DNA of 64,000 nt from a virus, in IMG/VR virus record IMGVR_UViG_3300032770_000001, positions 187,931 to 251,930 of that record, one strand, 5' to 3'. The notes under the pieces are model-generated. The model saw nothing but the letters and a program-made list of their open reading frames with translations, had not been told where the DNA came from and did no database searches. The translations under genes and the position numbers were made by a program. The stretch's first letter is position 1; each line of letters begins with the position of its first letter. Positions 44,429 to 53,936 of this stretch are shown in pieces.

Positions 44429-46455
44429 TGAGCGAAGAGCTTATTGATTGTCCTTTAGTCACACCGTATACAACGGCGTGCGATATCTCGGCTGAGACTC
44501 TCAGTAAGCTCTACACGCTTCGGAACTGGAACGTGGAGCAGGACGGACCTGTCCCGTTCAAGTGGCCGTCGTACCTACGGAAGAACATCTACGATATCTC
44601 TCGCGGCACGGAATCTGATGCTCCCCTAATCCTCCGGGAGTACCAGAAGCAGGCGATCCACCATCTGTGCCGTATGCCCCGCTTCATGCTGGGGGATGCG
44701 GTCGGGCTGGGTAAGACGCTCGACGCGATTGTGGCGACCTGTTGGTTGAAGGAGCGTTTTCCAAACGCCAAACTGGTAGTGGTGACAACCAAATCCACGA
44801 CGTATCAGTGGGAAGAGGAAATCACACGCTACAGCACTCTGCGTCCGTATGTGATGCGGGACACGTACAAGGGACTTACGTCGTCCAACGCTCGGTACGC
44901 GCAGATGATTGCATTCCTAGAAGGGACGAAGAAAGACGCGCTGATCGTCAAGTACACGTCCCTTATAGGGACTCGCAAAGAGAAGAAGGCCGACCCCGGC
45001 AATCCTGAATTCGACGAAGATGGCAACCCGATTAAGAAGGGTGAAAAGGAATGGCTATCCGACGAAGTCCGCAATTTTGCGAGGATTTTCAAACAGCACG
45101 GCGAGAACATCATTCTCGTTTTCGACGAATGCCACAAATTCAAAGGCATGGGCTCCTCAACTCGGAACCTCGTGTTCAATCTCTCCCGTTTCGCTGGTCG
45201 AGTCTGGGCGATGACGGCAACCGCCATCAAGAACGATCTCGATGAATTCTACGCCATCGCCTCCGGCATCCGTATCGAGCCACTTGGATATCAGGGGGAT
45301 TTTCACAACGAATACTGCATTTTCCGGCAGCAGTGGATGGGCTGCCATCGTGGAGAGCAGAAGATTCTGGTCGGCTACCAGAATATTCCGAAGTTCAAGC
45401 GAGAGATGCGCCCCTTCTTTCTTGGACGTTCTCAGCGGCAGGTGAATGAACCGCTGCCTGAATTGACCACCATTTATCATCCCATCGAATTGGACGCCAA
45501 GCAGACGCAAATTCTGACTGAAGATTTACCCAACGGCACGATCCAATTACCTCCAGCTATTGTCAAGGTTGCAGGAGAGGTCTACGAGAAGGAACGTGAT
45601 CCGAACAACCTGATGACTCAGTTGTCGGTTCAGCAATTGGTGACCAATCACTGGTGTCTGCTTGATCGCACAAACGAAAAGGACTTTCACACGAAGGTTC
45701 TCAGCCCCAAGGAAGAAGCCCTGCTCGACATGTTGGACGGTGATTACCGTGGGGAGAAGGTCATCGTCTATACCAAGTACCGCACGTGGATTGACCGCTT
45801 ACAATGGCTGACTGACAACGGGCACTTCACCAGCCGGAAGTTCCTCCGTATCACCGGAGCCGAGAACGAAAAGCAACGCAATGAGAACAAGAAGAAGTTC
45901 CAAGACCCCGAATCCGGCTACGATCTGATTGTCATCAACGCTGCCGGGATGGAAGGCATCAATCTTCAGCAGGCAGCCCACATGGTGTTGATGGATGTAC
46001 CGTGGTCGTGGGGTGATTTGATCCAGCTAGTTGGTCGAATGGTCCGCATGGCGTCACCGCACTCTGCCTGTACGTTGCACGTAATGGTAGCTCGCGGTAC
46101 AATCGATGAGTACGCTATCGAGACGTTGAAGGGGAAGAAAGGTGTTTTCGAGAAAATCCTTGGAGAGAGTCATTCGGCTGGCATCTTGGATTCCAGTGGT
46201 AGTAGTCTCGATCTCGGCTCTGGAATGGATGCAGAAGGAACTGAAGAAGAGTTCAAAGAACTCCTCCGTGCGCACGTAAAGAAAGTCGGGATGAAAACTT
46301 TCCTCCTCGGTGATCTGATCTCTGAAGCGAAATCCACTGGCGACGATTACAAGATGGTCTTCGAGAAGGGCGGCAAGAAGAGTAAGAAGAAAAAGTCCAA
46401 GGAAGAGCAAGCCGTCGAGGACGCCAAGCTCGCGTCAAGATGGGATGTGTTCTAG
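44428..46455 (+). CDS. SNF2-family helicase / ATPase
   Basis: Motif I LGDAVGLGKTLDAI, motif II DECHKFK, C-terminal helicase motifs (LMDVPWSWGDLIQLVGRMVRMAS), lysine-rich tail. Confidence 0.8.
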   Translation: MSEELIDCPLVTPYTTACDISAETLSKLYTLRNWNVEQDGPVPFKWPSYLRKNIYDISRGTESDAPLILREYQKQAIHHLCRMPRFMLGDAVGLGKTLDAIVATCWLKERFPNAKLVVVTTKSTTYQWEEEITRYSTLRPYVMRDTYKGLTSSNARYAQMIAFLEGTKKDALIVKYTSLIGTRKEKKADPGNPEFDEDGNPIKKGEKEWLSDEVRNFARIFKQHGENIILVFDECHKFKGMGSSTRNLVFNLSRFAGRVWAMTATAIKNDLDEFYAIASGIRIEPLGYQGDFHNEYCIFRQQWMGCHRGEQKILVGYQNIPKFKREMRPFFLGRSQRQVNEPLPELTTIYHPIELDAKQTQILTEDLPNGTIQLPPAIVKVAGEVYEKERDPNNLMTQLSVQQLVTNHWCLLDRTNEKDFHTKVLSPKEEALLDMLDGDYRGEKVIVYTKYRTWIDRLQWLTDNGHFTSRKFLRITGAENEKQRNENKKKFQDPESGYDLIVINAAGMEGINLQQAAHMVLMDVPWSWGDLIQLVGRMVRMASPHSACTLHVMVARGTIDEYAIETLKGKKGVFEKILGESHSAGILDSSGSSLDLGSGMDAEGTEEEFKELLRAHVKKVGMKTFLLGDLISEAKSTGDDYKMVFEKGGKKSKKKKSKEEQAVEDAKLASRWDVF

Positions 46456-46464
46456 GAGGATTAC

Positions 46465-46728
46465 ATGATGCATCGTCAAGTTTTACGACAAGAGCCGGAC
46501 GGCTCATTTGTTGAAATCAAGTTCGCCGATCTGAAGAAGGGCGACCATTTCCGCCTGATCGGAGAGGAGAACGACATCGAGGACGGCAAGGATTTGTATC
46601 TCGCCGACACCGATGCTTACCCCGTGGATCAGGCAAAACTGATCTCTGGCGAAGTGCTCATGCTCGCCGAGGCCGGGGCGAACTTTGCCGTGGACGTTCA
46701 CGAATCAGAGGAATACATCGGTGCCTGA
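46465..46728 (+). CDS. Hypothetical protein
   Basis: ORF of 87 aa. Confidence 0.35.
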   Translation: MMHRQVLRQEPDGSFVEIKFADLKKGDHFRLIGEENDIEDGKDLYLADTDAYPVDQAKLISGEVLMLAEAGANFAVDVHESEEYIGA

Positions 46729-47026
46729 GTTCTGCGATTGCCCCGATTGGGAACCATGTCCGTGTGGCGGCACCGGGCCTTGCCACTGTCAATATTGTTG
46801 CAAGGACTTGACGCCGGAACAAATGAAGGCGTTCGACTTCAACACGTGGGAACATATCCCGCCGCGACCAACAGGGTTGCCGCAAGAGATTTATTGCGGT
46901 GCCTGCAATACGCGAGTCACAAACCCAACGAAGGAACAGGTTGATTTTCATTTCAACGATGAGCATCTAGGGCTGAATCAGGTGCGACGTTCCGCTTTGT
47001 GGACTCCCCCGGAGAGACGGCGATGA
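46721..47026 (+). CDS. Cys-rich small protein (GTG start)
   Basis: CDCPDWEPCPCGGTGPCHCQYCC then CGAC; the GTG overlaps the upstream stop. Confidence 0.35.
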   Translation: MPEFCDCPDWEPCPCGGTGPCHCQYCCKDLTPEQMKAFDFNTWEHIPPRPTGLPQEIYCGACNTRVTNPTKEQVDFHFNDEHLGLNQVRRSALWTPPERRR

Positions 47027-47697
47027 CATACGAAAAGCTTTACATCAAAGTGTTGAATGCGATCTACCGCATCAAGCGGTATTTCAAACCCGCCGATTGC
47101 TGTAGTCACTTCAAGAATGCCGATGGTCGGCTGGTGGACTGCGAGGACTGGATTGGCTATCAGGATTGCATGTACCCCGGCTGCGGTCACTATTACATCG
47201 AGCACGGCTTCGGCGGCTCCAGCGCATTGCTCTACGTCAAGCCGGAGCTAACCAAGCATCAATGGGCCATCGATGGACAGGGCGGCGTCTGTACGTTCTG
47301 CAATACCGCAATGACCGACGCCAACATGAACGATGAATGCCCGAACACGTTGAAGAAGGGCGACACAGTCACAGACCCGATGGGTTGCCTGAACGCGGGA
47401 TGCGACATGTGTCCCAAATTCTGGACAAAAGAGGACTTGCATGATTTCGTACAACAATTGAGTGTTGCACGAAATCATGCATCCCACTGGTTCCACCTTG
47501 ACGAATGCCCCGGCGTGCTGGGTTCGTATGCGCGAGTGACCACTATTGTAGAAGTAGATGTTACCATGCGCTACCCCTGCACTCCGGAAGAGTACGCAAC
47601 CATGATGGACAAATCGCGGGAGCTACAGGCGAAATTCCCCCACATCGCTTTCAACTTTCATGTTCAATTTGAGTCCCGCAAAGAACCGGAAGAGTGA
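47023..47697 (+). CDS. Cys/His-rich hypothetical protein
   Basis: Start at MTYEKLY (ATGA overlap); many Cys residues (CCSH, CMYPGCGH, CTFC, CLNAGCDMC). Confidence 0.4.
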   Translation: MTYEKLYIKVLNAIYRIKRYFKPADCCSHFKNADGRLVDCEDWIGYQDCMYPGCGHYYIEHGFGGSSALLYVKPELTKHQWAIDGQGGVCTFCNTAMTDANMNDECPNTLKKGDTVTDPMGCLNAGCDMCPKFWTKEDLHDFVQQLSVARNHASHWFHLDECPGVLGSYARVTTIVEVDVTMRYPCTPEEYATMMDKSRELQAKFPHIAFNFHVQFESRKEPEE

Positions 47698-47709
47698 GTA
47701 TTGTAGGGT

Positions 47710-48024
47710 ATGGGTACCAAGCCTATAATTTCGGCTGTGACGGTCTCCGTGGATTTTGGGGATAAGGAATATGGAAATGGTTCCAATTCCTTCATGAACA
47801 TCAGCGCCCGTTACCCGGAGCCCGGTGTTCAGCTTGAAGACCTTGGTGATGTAATCGATCAAGGACTCGACATGTACTTTGCAGCATGGAAGACCATGCT
47901 CTCGGCCCGCTACGCGACCGGAATTCTGGCGGGTAACGACTATAAAACGTACCTCGAAGAAGCAACCAAACGAATTGCCAAAGCACGCAAGCATTTGAGG
48001 AAGCCGATAGATGAGCAGCAATGA
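47710..48024 (+). CDS. Hypothetical protein
   Basis: ORF of 104 aa. Confidence 0.35.
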   Translation: MGTKPIISAVTVSVDFGDKEYGNGSNSFMNISARYPEPGVQLEDLGDVIDQGLDMYFAAWKTMLSARYATGILAGNDYKTYLEEATKRIAKARKHLRKPIDEQQ

Positions 48025-49009
48025 CGACCTGCATGGATTTCGAGCCGAGACCCTGCTTGGCGACGATTCCTACATCCTGAAACAGATTGCCGACTTGAAG
48101 CGTGACGTTCGCTACAGCACGGCTGGCAACGAGATTTCCATCGACGACTATTACAAGCGTCTGGAGGATCAGGTCGCCAAACTGCCCCGTATCGCTCTCG
48201 ATTATGCGATTCCTCCCGGCACCGAGGATGAGTACGGCACCCGTCTGTCCCACTCTTACGAACAAGTCACCGATGATTGTGAGCGGGTTGGCAATCTGGT
48301 GCTCGATTTCCAGAGCCGCCTCATGAACGCTCAGAGCTACATCAAGCGCCTGCGCACCGAATTCGGTGCGTGGTATATCCTCGCGGCTCAGTTGCAGACC
48401 TCCAATCTCGGCATCAAGTTTCCGCCGAATCAGGTGAAAGCACTATCCGAATCCGAATTCTGCCGTGTAGCTGAGGGGCTGGACGTGCAGGTTGAGAGCC
48501 TGTTGGCGCTGGTCGCCCATCTATATGAGACGGTCAAGAGCACCAAGAAGATCGGCGGCGAGAAGTACAATCAGGGCAAGGATCAAGTCAACTTGAGCTA
48601 TACCAGCCGCATGGCAAATGCCACGGCACCCATCGCGCCGAGCAAGGCGAATGACATGGCGGTTGTGCCTGAGGATGAGGACGAGGGAGAAGTCCCGGCT
48701 TTCGTTAGCAAGCGTCCACAGGTCAAGGAACCTATCATTGAGGGAACGTGCAATCTCACCGAGATCAAGCCGCATGTCGAGGCGGAACCCGCGAAGATGC
48801 AATCAGTTCTGGATGCGGCGAAACCGGGCGAGACGGTTGTCCTGCAATTCAAAGACGATGTGTCCCCTCTCATCGCCGGAATCAAGGACGAGGTCGTGGT
48901 AGCAGTCGAGACGCCGGACGATATCGCCTCTTTCCTAAACCAACCTGCGCAGGCACCGAGTACGCCTCGCCGTAAGTTACTTCTGACAGAAGATGAGGAC
49001 TTAATGTGA
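48011..49009 (+). CDS. Hypothetical protein (332 aa)
   Basis: No motif recognised; acidic C-terminal half. Confidence 0.4.
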   Translation: MSSNDDLHGFRAETLLGDDSYILKQIADLKRDVRYSTAGNEISIDDYYKRLEDQVAKLPRIALDYAIPPGTEDEYGTRLSHSYEQVTDDCERVGNLVLDFQSRLMNAQSYIKRLRTEFGAWYILAAQLQTSNLGIKFPPNQVKALSESEFCRVAEGLDVQVESLLALVAHLYETVKSTKKIGGEKYNQGKDQVNLSYTSRMANATAPIAPSKANDMAVVPEDEDEGEVPAFVSKRPQVKEPIIEGTCNLTEIKPHVEAEPAKMQSVLDAAKPGETVVLQFKDDVSPLIAGIKDEVVVAVETPDDIASFLNQPAQAPSTPRRKLLLTEDEDLM

Positions 49010-49299
49010 TGGAACTGATTACAGGCATTCACAATCGTCGCGTTGCAGAGAATAAGCTGAAGGCGTTGAAGTGGAAGCTTCGGCAGTCAAAGCGCCAACA
49101 AGCACGGCTGGAGAAAGAAATCTTTCAGCTTGAAAACAAGGTTTGGGATTTGGAAGTGCGTCTGGTTAAACCAAGCCAGATGTGTCGCAACAACTGGACA
49201 AGTGGCTATTACTGCGCCCTGAAGAAGGGGCACAAAGGCGGCTGTCAGGGGCAGGCACCGCCTCCGGTCTATAGAAACTTCAAGCGAGTCTATGAATGA
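49006..49299 (+). CDS. Coiled-coil protein
   Basis: KLKALKWKLRQSKRQQARLEKEIFQLENKVWDLEVRL. Confidence 0.35.
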   Translation: MMELITGIHNRRVAENKLKALKWKLRQSKRQQARLEKEIFQLENKVWDLEVRLVKPSQMCRNNWTSGYYCALKKGHKGGCQGQAPPPVYRNFKRVYE

Positions 49300-49832
49300 G
49301 CTTCTGTAGCACAATTGAACATCGTCGTAGCGGTCAATTCCTGAGCCTCGCTCTACACACGATTGCGATGGCCGACCCAATCATGCGTATCGAGGACGCT
49401 CGCTATGAGGCGCGAGAAGGTCGGAAGAAAAGTCGTCGCCCTTCGCGCAAAAACGAATCCAAGCAGTTTGATCTCTTCCCGCTGACTAAAGAGCAGGCGG
49501 AAAGCTTCGCCGGATTCGCCAAGACCCTACGGTACTTCCTTGAGTCTTATCAGGAAGATGTCATCAAGACCAAACCGAAGGATAACCGTAAGATGTGGGG
49601 ACCGGGCGGACGGCTGCACGATCTGGAATACTGCGACTACGAGTTTTACGATTTCTGGTACCACATGATTCGTGATCTGAGTCCGGAGGTATGGGAGACG
49701 CGGGTCAAAGAGCTTGAGAAGATTGGTGAGAACAGCATCGTCGAGGACTATGAGCCGAGCATCAAGTTCCTGTACCAAATCAACGCCCGTGCCCTTTGGG
49801 AACACGAGAGCCATCGCAGAGGTTGCTTCTAA
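49296..49832 (+). CDS. Hypothetical protein
   Basis: ORF of 178 aa. Confidence 0.4.
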   Translation: MSFCSTIEHRRSGQFLSLALHTIAMADPIMRIEDARYEAREGRKKSRRPSRKNESKQFDLFPLTKEQAESFAGFAKTLRYFLESYQEDVIKTKPKDNRKMWGPGGRLHDLEYCDYEFYDFWYHMIRDLSPEVWETRVKELEKIGENSIVEDYEPSIKFLYQINARALWEHESHRRGCF

Positions 49833-50515
49833 TGAATGTTCAAGAGTTTGACATGGATGTACAGGCTCTTCGGAAGAAGCACCATCTGACCGAGCAGATT
49901 CGGGTAAATCAGCGGCTCGCACAGGGCGAGTACCTTCCGATCAATGAACTTTTGATGCTGTTCGATTACGAACTCGCTGAGAAGCTGCGGAATATGGTGA
50001 AGGACAGCTTCAGGCTATTCATGGACGCTCCCGGCTCCAGTCACAACCACCAAGCATGGCAAGGTGGGTACATCGACCACGTGACTGAGACCATGAACAT
50101 CGCCATCGTTGAGTACGGAGCATTCTGCAACCTCGGTCGCTACTTTCCGTTCAGTGTCACCGATGCTCTGCTCGTTATGTTCCTCCATGATCTGGAGAAA
50201 CCCTTCAAATCTCAGGGGAGCCTGAGCCGCTGCCAGTGCAAATTCGGTGCGGACTGTGTATGTCCCCTGCCCGTCAAGGCAACCAAGGAAAACCGCCGCA
50301 AATTTCGTGACGATATGATCGCGGAATATGGTATTGAACTAACAGTGGAGCAGAAGAATGCCCTGCGCTACGTAGAGGGCATCCCGGATTCCGAGTACAA
50401 GCCGGGGGAGCGCATCATGGGCGAGTTGGCTGCCTTCTGTCACACTTGCGACATCCTGAGCGCCCGTCTCTGGCATGATTGGGGACGCGAGCGATCATGG
50501 GGGAGAGTTGAATAG
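49832..50515 (+). CDS. HD-domain phosphohydrolase (putative nucleotidase)
   Basis: Start at MNVQEFDM (TAATG); H...HD...D pattern: SSHNHQAW...GYIDHV...FLHDLEKP. Confidence 0.4.
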   Translation: MNVQEFDMDVQALRKKHHLTEQIRVNQRLAQGEYLPINELLMLFDYELAEKLRNMVKDSFRLFMDAPGSSHNHQAWQGGYIDHVTETMNIAIVEYGAFCNLGRYFPFSVTDALLVMFLHDLEKPFKSQGSLSRCQCKFGADCVCPLPVKATKENRRKFRDDMIAEYGIELTVEQKNALRYVEGIPDSEYKPGERIMGELAAFCHTCDILSARLWHDWGRERSWGRVE

Positions 50516-50698
50516 TGTACCTGAATCTTCAGATCGGTAAGTTCAACTTCACGGTCGGTAAACCGACCAACAAACCCGCGAAAAAGCCAATGGTTATGCA
50601 GGTTTCGCACCCTGTGATGAACGGTCGGATCGTCGATCAAGAATTTATTATCGACGATGAATCAAAGCTCCGCTACCAAAACTAAGAATAGACACACC

Positions 50699-51172
50699 AT
50701 GATTGAGATCGTCATCGACCCTAAATTCACGGGTCCGAGCATTATCGATCAGCAGTTCGTTCTTCGAAACATCCAAGACGACGTGATAGAGTTGCGCTGG
50801 TCGAACAAGCGTGAAGAAATCGCAGTGTTGAACCGATTTCTTGACTTGAACTTTCGCTTCTTTGTGTCCGACGCCTTGATGCAGGAGAAGTCGGCAATCA
50901 CGCTGGGGCTTCCGGTTGAATTCGAGAACAACACGATGAACGAAGCGAAATTGGCGTTAAATACGCGAAAATCGTATGATTGGCGCAAGTTTTGTGAACA
51001 ACGCTCTCACGTCTACACCCGTAATCTTTTGATCCGCATCGCCGCTGATTCTCTCCGCAAAGGGAAAGAATCGTGTCTCGCCGCCGTCGTCGCCGACTTA
51101 GCCAAGAAGTCTGGTATTAACCTTGTAGAAGACGCAGATATTCTATTGCGACTCAAAGCCCTACAAGGATAA
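50699..51172 (+). CDS. Hypothetical protein
   Basis: Start at MIEIVIDPK. Confidence 0.35.
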   Translation: MIEIVIDPKFTGPSIIDQQFVLRNIQDDVIELRWSNKREEIAVLNRFLDLNFRFFVSDALMQEKSAITLGLPVEFENNTMNEAKLALNTRKSYDWRKFCEQRSHVYTRNLLIRIAADSLRKGKESCLAAVVADLAKKSGINLVEDADILLRLKALQG

Positions 51173-51174
51173 GC

Positions 51175-51450
51175 ATGTTTGAAGACGATGACGATGATGA
51201 GTTTCCAGCTAAATGGCTGGATAAAAAGCACTACATCCGCATCGATCCTAAGACAGGCAAACCGCAACTGGTCCGCGTAGAGCCATTCATCACGGAAGGG
51301 CAGGAATTTATTCCCTACCAAGTCAAAGTGTTCGTTGATGACACTCAGGAATTGGTCATGGGGCGCGAAGAAGCCGAGATGTACATAGCGATGACTGGAT
51401 GCTCACCGCTGGAGGTCGCAGCGCAATGGAAGCACAAAAGCGAACACTGA
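51175..51450 (+). CDS. Hypothetical acidic protein
   Basis: MFEDDDDDEFPAKW... Confidence 0.35.
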   Translation: MFEDDDDDEFPAKWLDKKHYIRIDPKTGKPQLVRVEPFITEGQEFIPYQVKVFVDDTQELVMGREEAEMYIAMTGCSPLEVAAQWKHKSEH

Positions 51451-52061
51451 AGCACCAGTGGGTACCTGCCCATCAACTTCTTTCAACTGAGACCGGGGAC
51501 TATCCGGTGTGCAAACGTTGTGGCTTCGTCCAGAACGAGAAAAACAAGGACAAACCTTGCGTCGATAAAAGACTTTCCAAGGGAATTCATGGTATTCTAA
51601 GAAAGGAACAAGGTATTCTAAGAAAGGAACAAGAGCAAATGAACGCAAAAGAAGCCAGAGCAACCGCTACGAAGCGGGCAACAGAAATCGAAAATGCACG
51701 TCAAGAGAAAGAGCGCCGGGAAGCCGAAGCTTCCGCTCAGAAGTGGCGTGAAGAGAAAGCCAACTGGGAGAAAAATCAAATCCGCTGGATCACCGAGCGG
51801 ATCGCCGAAGCGGTAAGCAAGGGTCAGCACAGCACCAGCTTCCAGATGGAAGCCAACGATGACGAGGAACGATCCGGTGAGAAATGGTTTTGGCAAGTGA
51901 CTCCGTACAAAGCTGAGATGAAGCGAGTGATGAAGCACTTCGAGGATTTGGGCTACACGCTTGAGTTCTATGTCAAGAACCGGGAGAACGTCGATCTTTC
52001 GGACTTGAATCCCCGCGACAACTGGATCACTTACGAAACCCGCTTGAAGGTGAGTTGGTGA
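51426..52061 (+). CDS. Hypothetical protein with internal 21-bp tandem duplication
   Basis: GILRKEQ GILRKEQ is encoded by an exact 2x21-bp repeat at 51591-51632; CKRCG zinc knuckle; charged coiled coil. Confidence 0.35.
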   Translation: MEAQKRTLKHQWVPAHQLLSTETGDYPVCKRCGFVQNEKNKDKPCVDKRLSKGIHGILRKEQGILRKEQEQMNAKEARATATKRATEIENARQEKERREAEASAQKWREEKANWEKNQIRWITERIAEAVSKGQHSTSFQMEANDDEERSGEKWFWQVTPYKAEMKRVMKHFEDLGYTLEFYVKNRENVDLSDLNPRDNWITYETRLKVSW

Positions 52062-52064
52062 AAC

Positions 52065-52511
52065 GTGGTTCACCCAAGCCAGAAAAAGCGTAACCACCCG
52101 AACCACGGGCCGAACATCTACGATCCGAATTGCGAGGGCTGTCGCAAATACGGGATGTGGAAGTCGAAGGTTTGGAATCGGCATCTGCTGGACAAGGATG
52201 ATCCGGCGTATCTGCCGGAAGGTCGCACGCCGGAGAACCCTCGTAGTCAAAAACGGCTTAACCCCAAGTATGGCTATCACGCCGTCAAGATCAAGAAGGG
52301 CGTGCTGGGTGAGATCAGCAAGATTCAGGAAGAGCTTGACGAACTGAAGGACGCCGAGAACCAAGGGGTCAAAATTCTCATTGCTGTTGAGCTTTCTGAC
52401 CTGTTCGGAGCCATCCGCGAGTACGCGAAAAAGTACGGGCTCAAGATGGCAGACCTGCATGACATGGCAAAATTGACGCGCAAAGCGTTTGAACAAGGAC
52501 ACCGGAAATGA
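52065..52511 (+). CDS. MazG/HisE-like nucleoside triphosphate pyrophosphohydrolase (putative)
   Basis: C-terminal all-alpha signature GVLGEISKIQEELDELKDAEN...LIAVELSDLFGAIREYAKKYGL. Confidence 0.4.
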   Translation: MVHPSQKKRNHPNHGPNIYDPNCEGCRKYGMWKSKVWNRHLLDKDDPAYLPEGRTPENPRSQKRLNPKYGYHAVKIKKGVLGEISKIQEELDELKDAENQGVKILIAVELSDLFGAIREYAKKYGLKMADLHDMAKLTRKAFEQGHRK

Positions 52512-52699
52512 ACAAAGACGACAACCCCAACATCGTGAACATCATCACTGAAGGCAACATGGTTCAGGTCGATAAAGACGGTCGAGTTCTTCTCTCCAAG
52601 GAAGACAGCAAGCGACTTAAACGTATCGAGAAGATGTTGGAAATTCTACTTGAGGGCGGCTACCCTCAGCAGTTTGAGGAGCTACGCAAACTACAATGA
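52508..52699 (+). CDS. Hypothetical protein
   Basis: ORF of 63 aa, ATGA-coupled. Confidence 0.3.
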   Translation: MNKDDNPNIVNIITEGNMVQVDKDGRVLLSKEDSKRLKRIEKMLEILLEGGYPQQFEELRKLQ

Positions 52700-53052
52700 G
52701 CTACATGCAATGTCCAAAATGCGGCGGCTGGTTTGGTATTGTCGGGCCGCAGATTTTTCAATGCGGCTGTCCACATACACCTAAGCGGTTCTCATTCTCC
52801 GGTGTCAAACGTAAAGTCGCCATCGACGACGACATCTGGCAGTCCACACAGCAGTACGTCAAGGATCAGATCGCAATCATGAAACGTCATGGTTCCGATC
52901 CCGGACTCACTGAGGAAGAGTTCAATGATCTGGCGTACACAGTCGCGGAGTATCCACAAACTATCCGCAATCTGCAAAAGAAGGCTGAGGCGAAACTTGC
53001 TAACAACGTGGGTGGGACCGGAACAGTACAATCGACTCCTACGGGCGATTGA
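52696..53052 (+). CDS. Zinc-ribbon protein
   Basis: MQCPKCGG...FQCGCPH. Confidence 0.4.
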   Translation: MSYMQCPKCGGWFGIVGPQIFQCGCPHTPKRFSFSGVKRKVAIDDDIWQSTQQYVKDQIAIMKRHGSDPGLTEEEFNDLAYTVAEYPQTIRNLQKKAEAKLANNVGGTGTVQSTPTGD

Positions 53053-53635
53053 TTATTACGAGCGACACGGTTTCAAGTACATCAACGTGCCGTGGTGCGT
53101 CAGCGAAGAAGCGATGATGATTACTCGTCCGGAGTGGGCGAAATCGAGCATCTGCACGTTAATAGCTGGGGGTGAGCCCACGTGTCCGGTTGCATCTGCT
53201 GAACAGAGTTTTCTTCAACTCCAGATAGATGCAATCGGACGCGGCGAACGCATGGCTGGAAAGTACGTGGCGATCACGCCGTGTTTCCGAAATGAGCCTG
53301 TATTGGATGATTTGCATCAGGCGTACTTCATGAAGGTGGAATTGATCCATTGGGGTGAGACCGCCGATGGGGTTTGTTTACGAGACGTGTACGATATGGT
53401 CAACACGGCTCAGATGCTTTTGAACTGCCACGTGCCGACTATCCGTGTAGTGAACGAGGAGCCCGACCCGGTTTCGGTTGGCTATGCCTTCGACATCAAT
53501 GCCAAGTCTACTGGGATCGAACTCGGCAGTTATGGTATCCGCGAATACCCGGCAGTGGGGCGGTGGGTATACGGCACCGGGCTGGCGGAACCGCGAATGA
53601 CTTATGCCATTGAAAAAGACACGACTGTCGGCTGA
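53012..53635 (+). CDS. Minimal class II aminoacyl-tRNA synthetase-like catalytic core protein (~207 aa)
   Basis: Motif 1-like LRAIDYYERHGFKYINVPWCV. Motif 2 VAITPCFRNEPVLDDLHQAYFMKVELI (subclass IIa, SerRS-like: cFRsE...hqF.kvE). Motif 3-like YGTGLAEPRMTYAI. Start taken at the GTG at 53012 because the track ORF (52889) overlaps the upstream gene in another frame. Confidence 0.45.
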   Translation: MGPEQYNRLLRAIDYYERHGFKYINVPWCVSEEAMMITRPEWAKSSICTLIAGGEPTCPVASAEQSFLQLQIDAIGRGERMAGKYVAITPCFRNEPVLDDLHQAYFMKVELIHWGETADGVCLRDVYDMVNTAQMLLNCHVPTIRVVNEEPDPVSVGYAFDINAKSTGIELGSYGIREYPAVGRWVYGTGLAEPRMTYAIEKDTTVG

Positions 53636-53936
53636 AGATCGGGCACGGGAAGCTGCTCGCCGCGATCCCCGGCAGATGGCGCTTCCGCTACCAGAAGATT
53701 ATTTGAAAGGGTTGATTTTTCCCACTAAATACGTTAAAACTCTTGAGGAACGGATCGAGGGTTTGCCGAAGTGGGCGCAGCGTCACATAGCAGAACTGGA
53801 GGCTAGACTTCAGAATGCTTTAGTATGTGGCAGCGTCGGTGCGGACAATGTGGCAGAGACCTCTACAAGCACCACCTGTCTGAAATCATCCGCTGTATCT
53901 GCGGGTGGACATGGGGAGATTGATGAAACTCGGTAA
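53604..53936 (+). CDS. Hypothetical protein
   Basis: ORF of 110 aa. Confidence 0.35.
   Translation: MPLKKTRLSAEDRAREAARRDPRQMALPLPEDYLKGLIFPTKYVKTLEERIEGLPKWAQRHIAELEARLQNALVCGSVGADNVAETSTSTTCLKSSAVSAGGHGEIDETR

Noticed and set aside
51618-52502. 294-aa minus-strand ORF, and the similar antisense ORFs at 12823..13491 and 54834..55610
   Set aside because: All lie antisense to tightly coupled plus-strand genes with recognisable motifs and have biased Arg/Leu/His composition. Treated as non-coding shadows.
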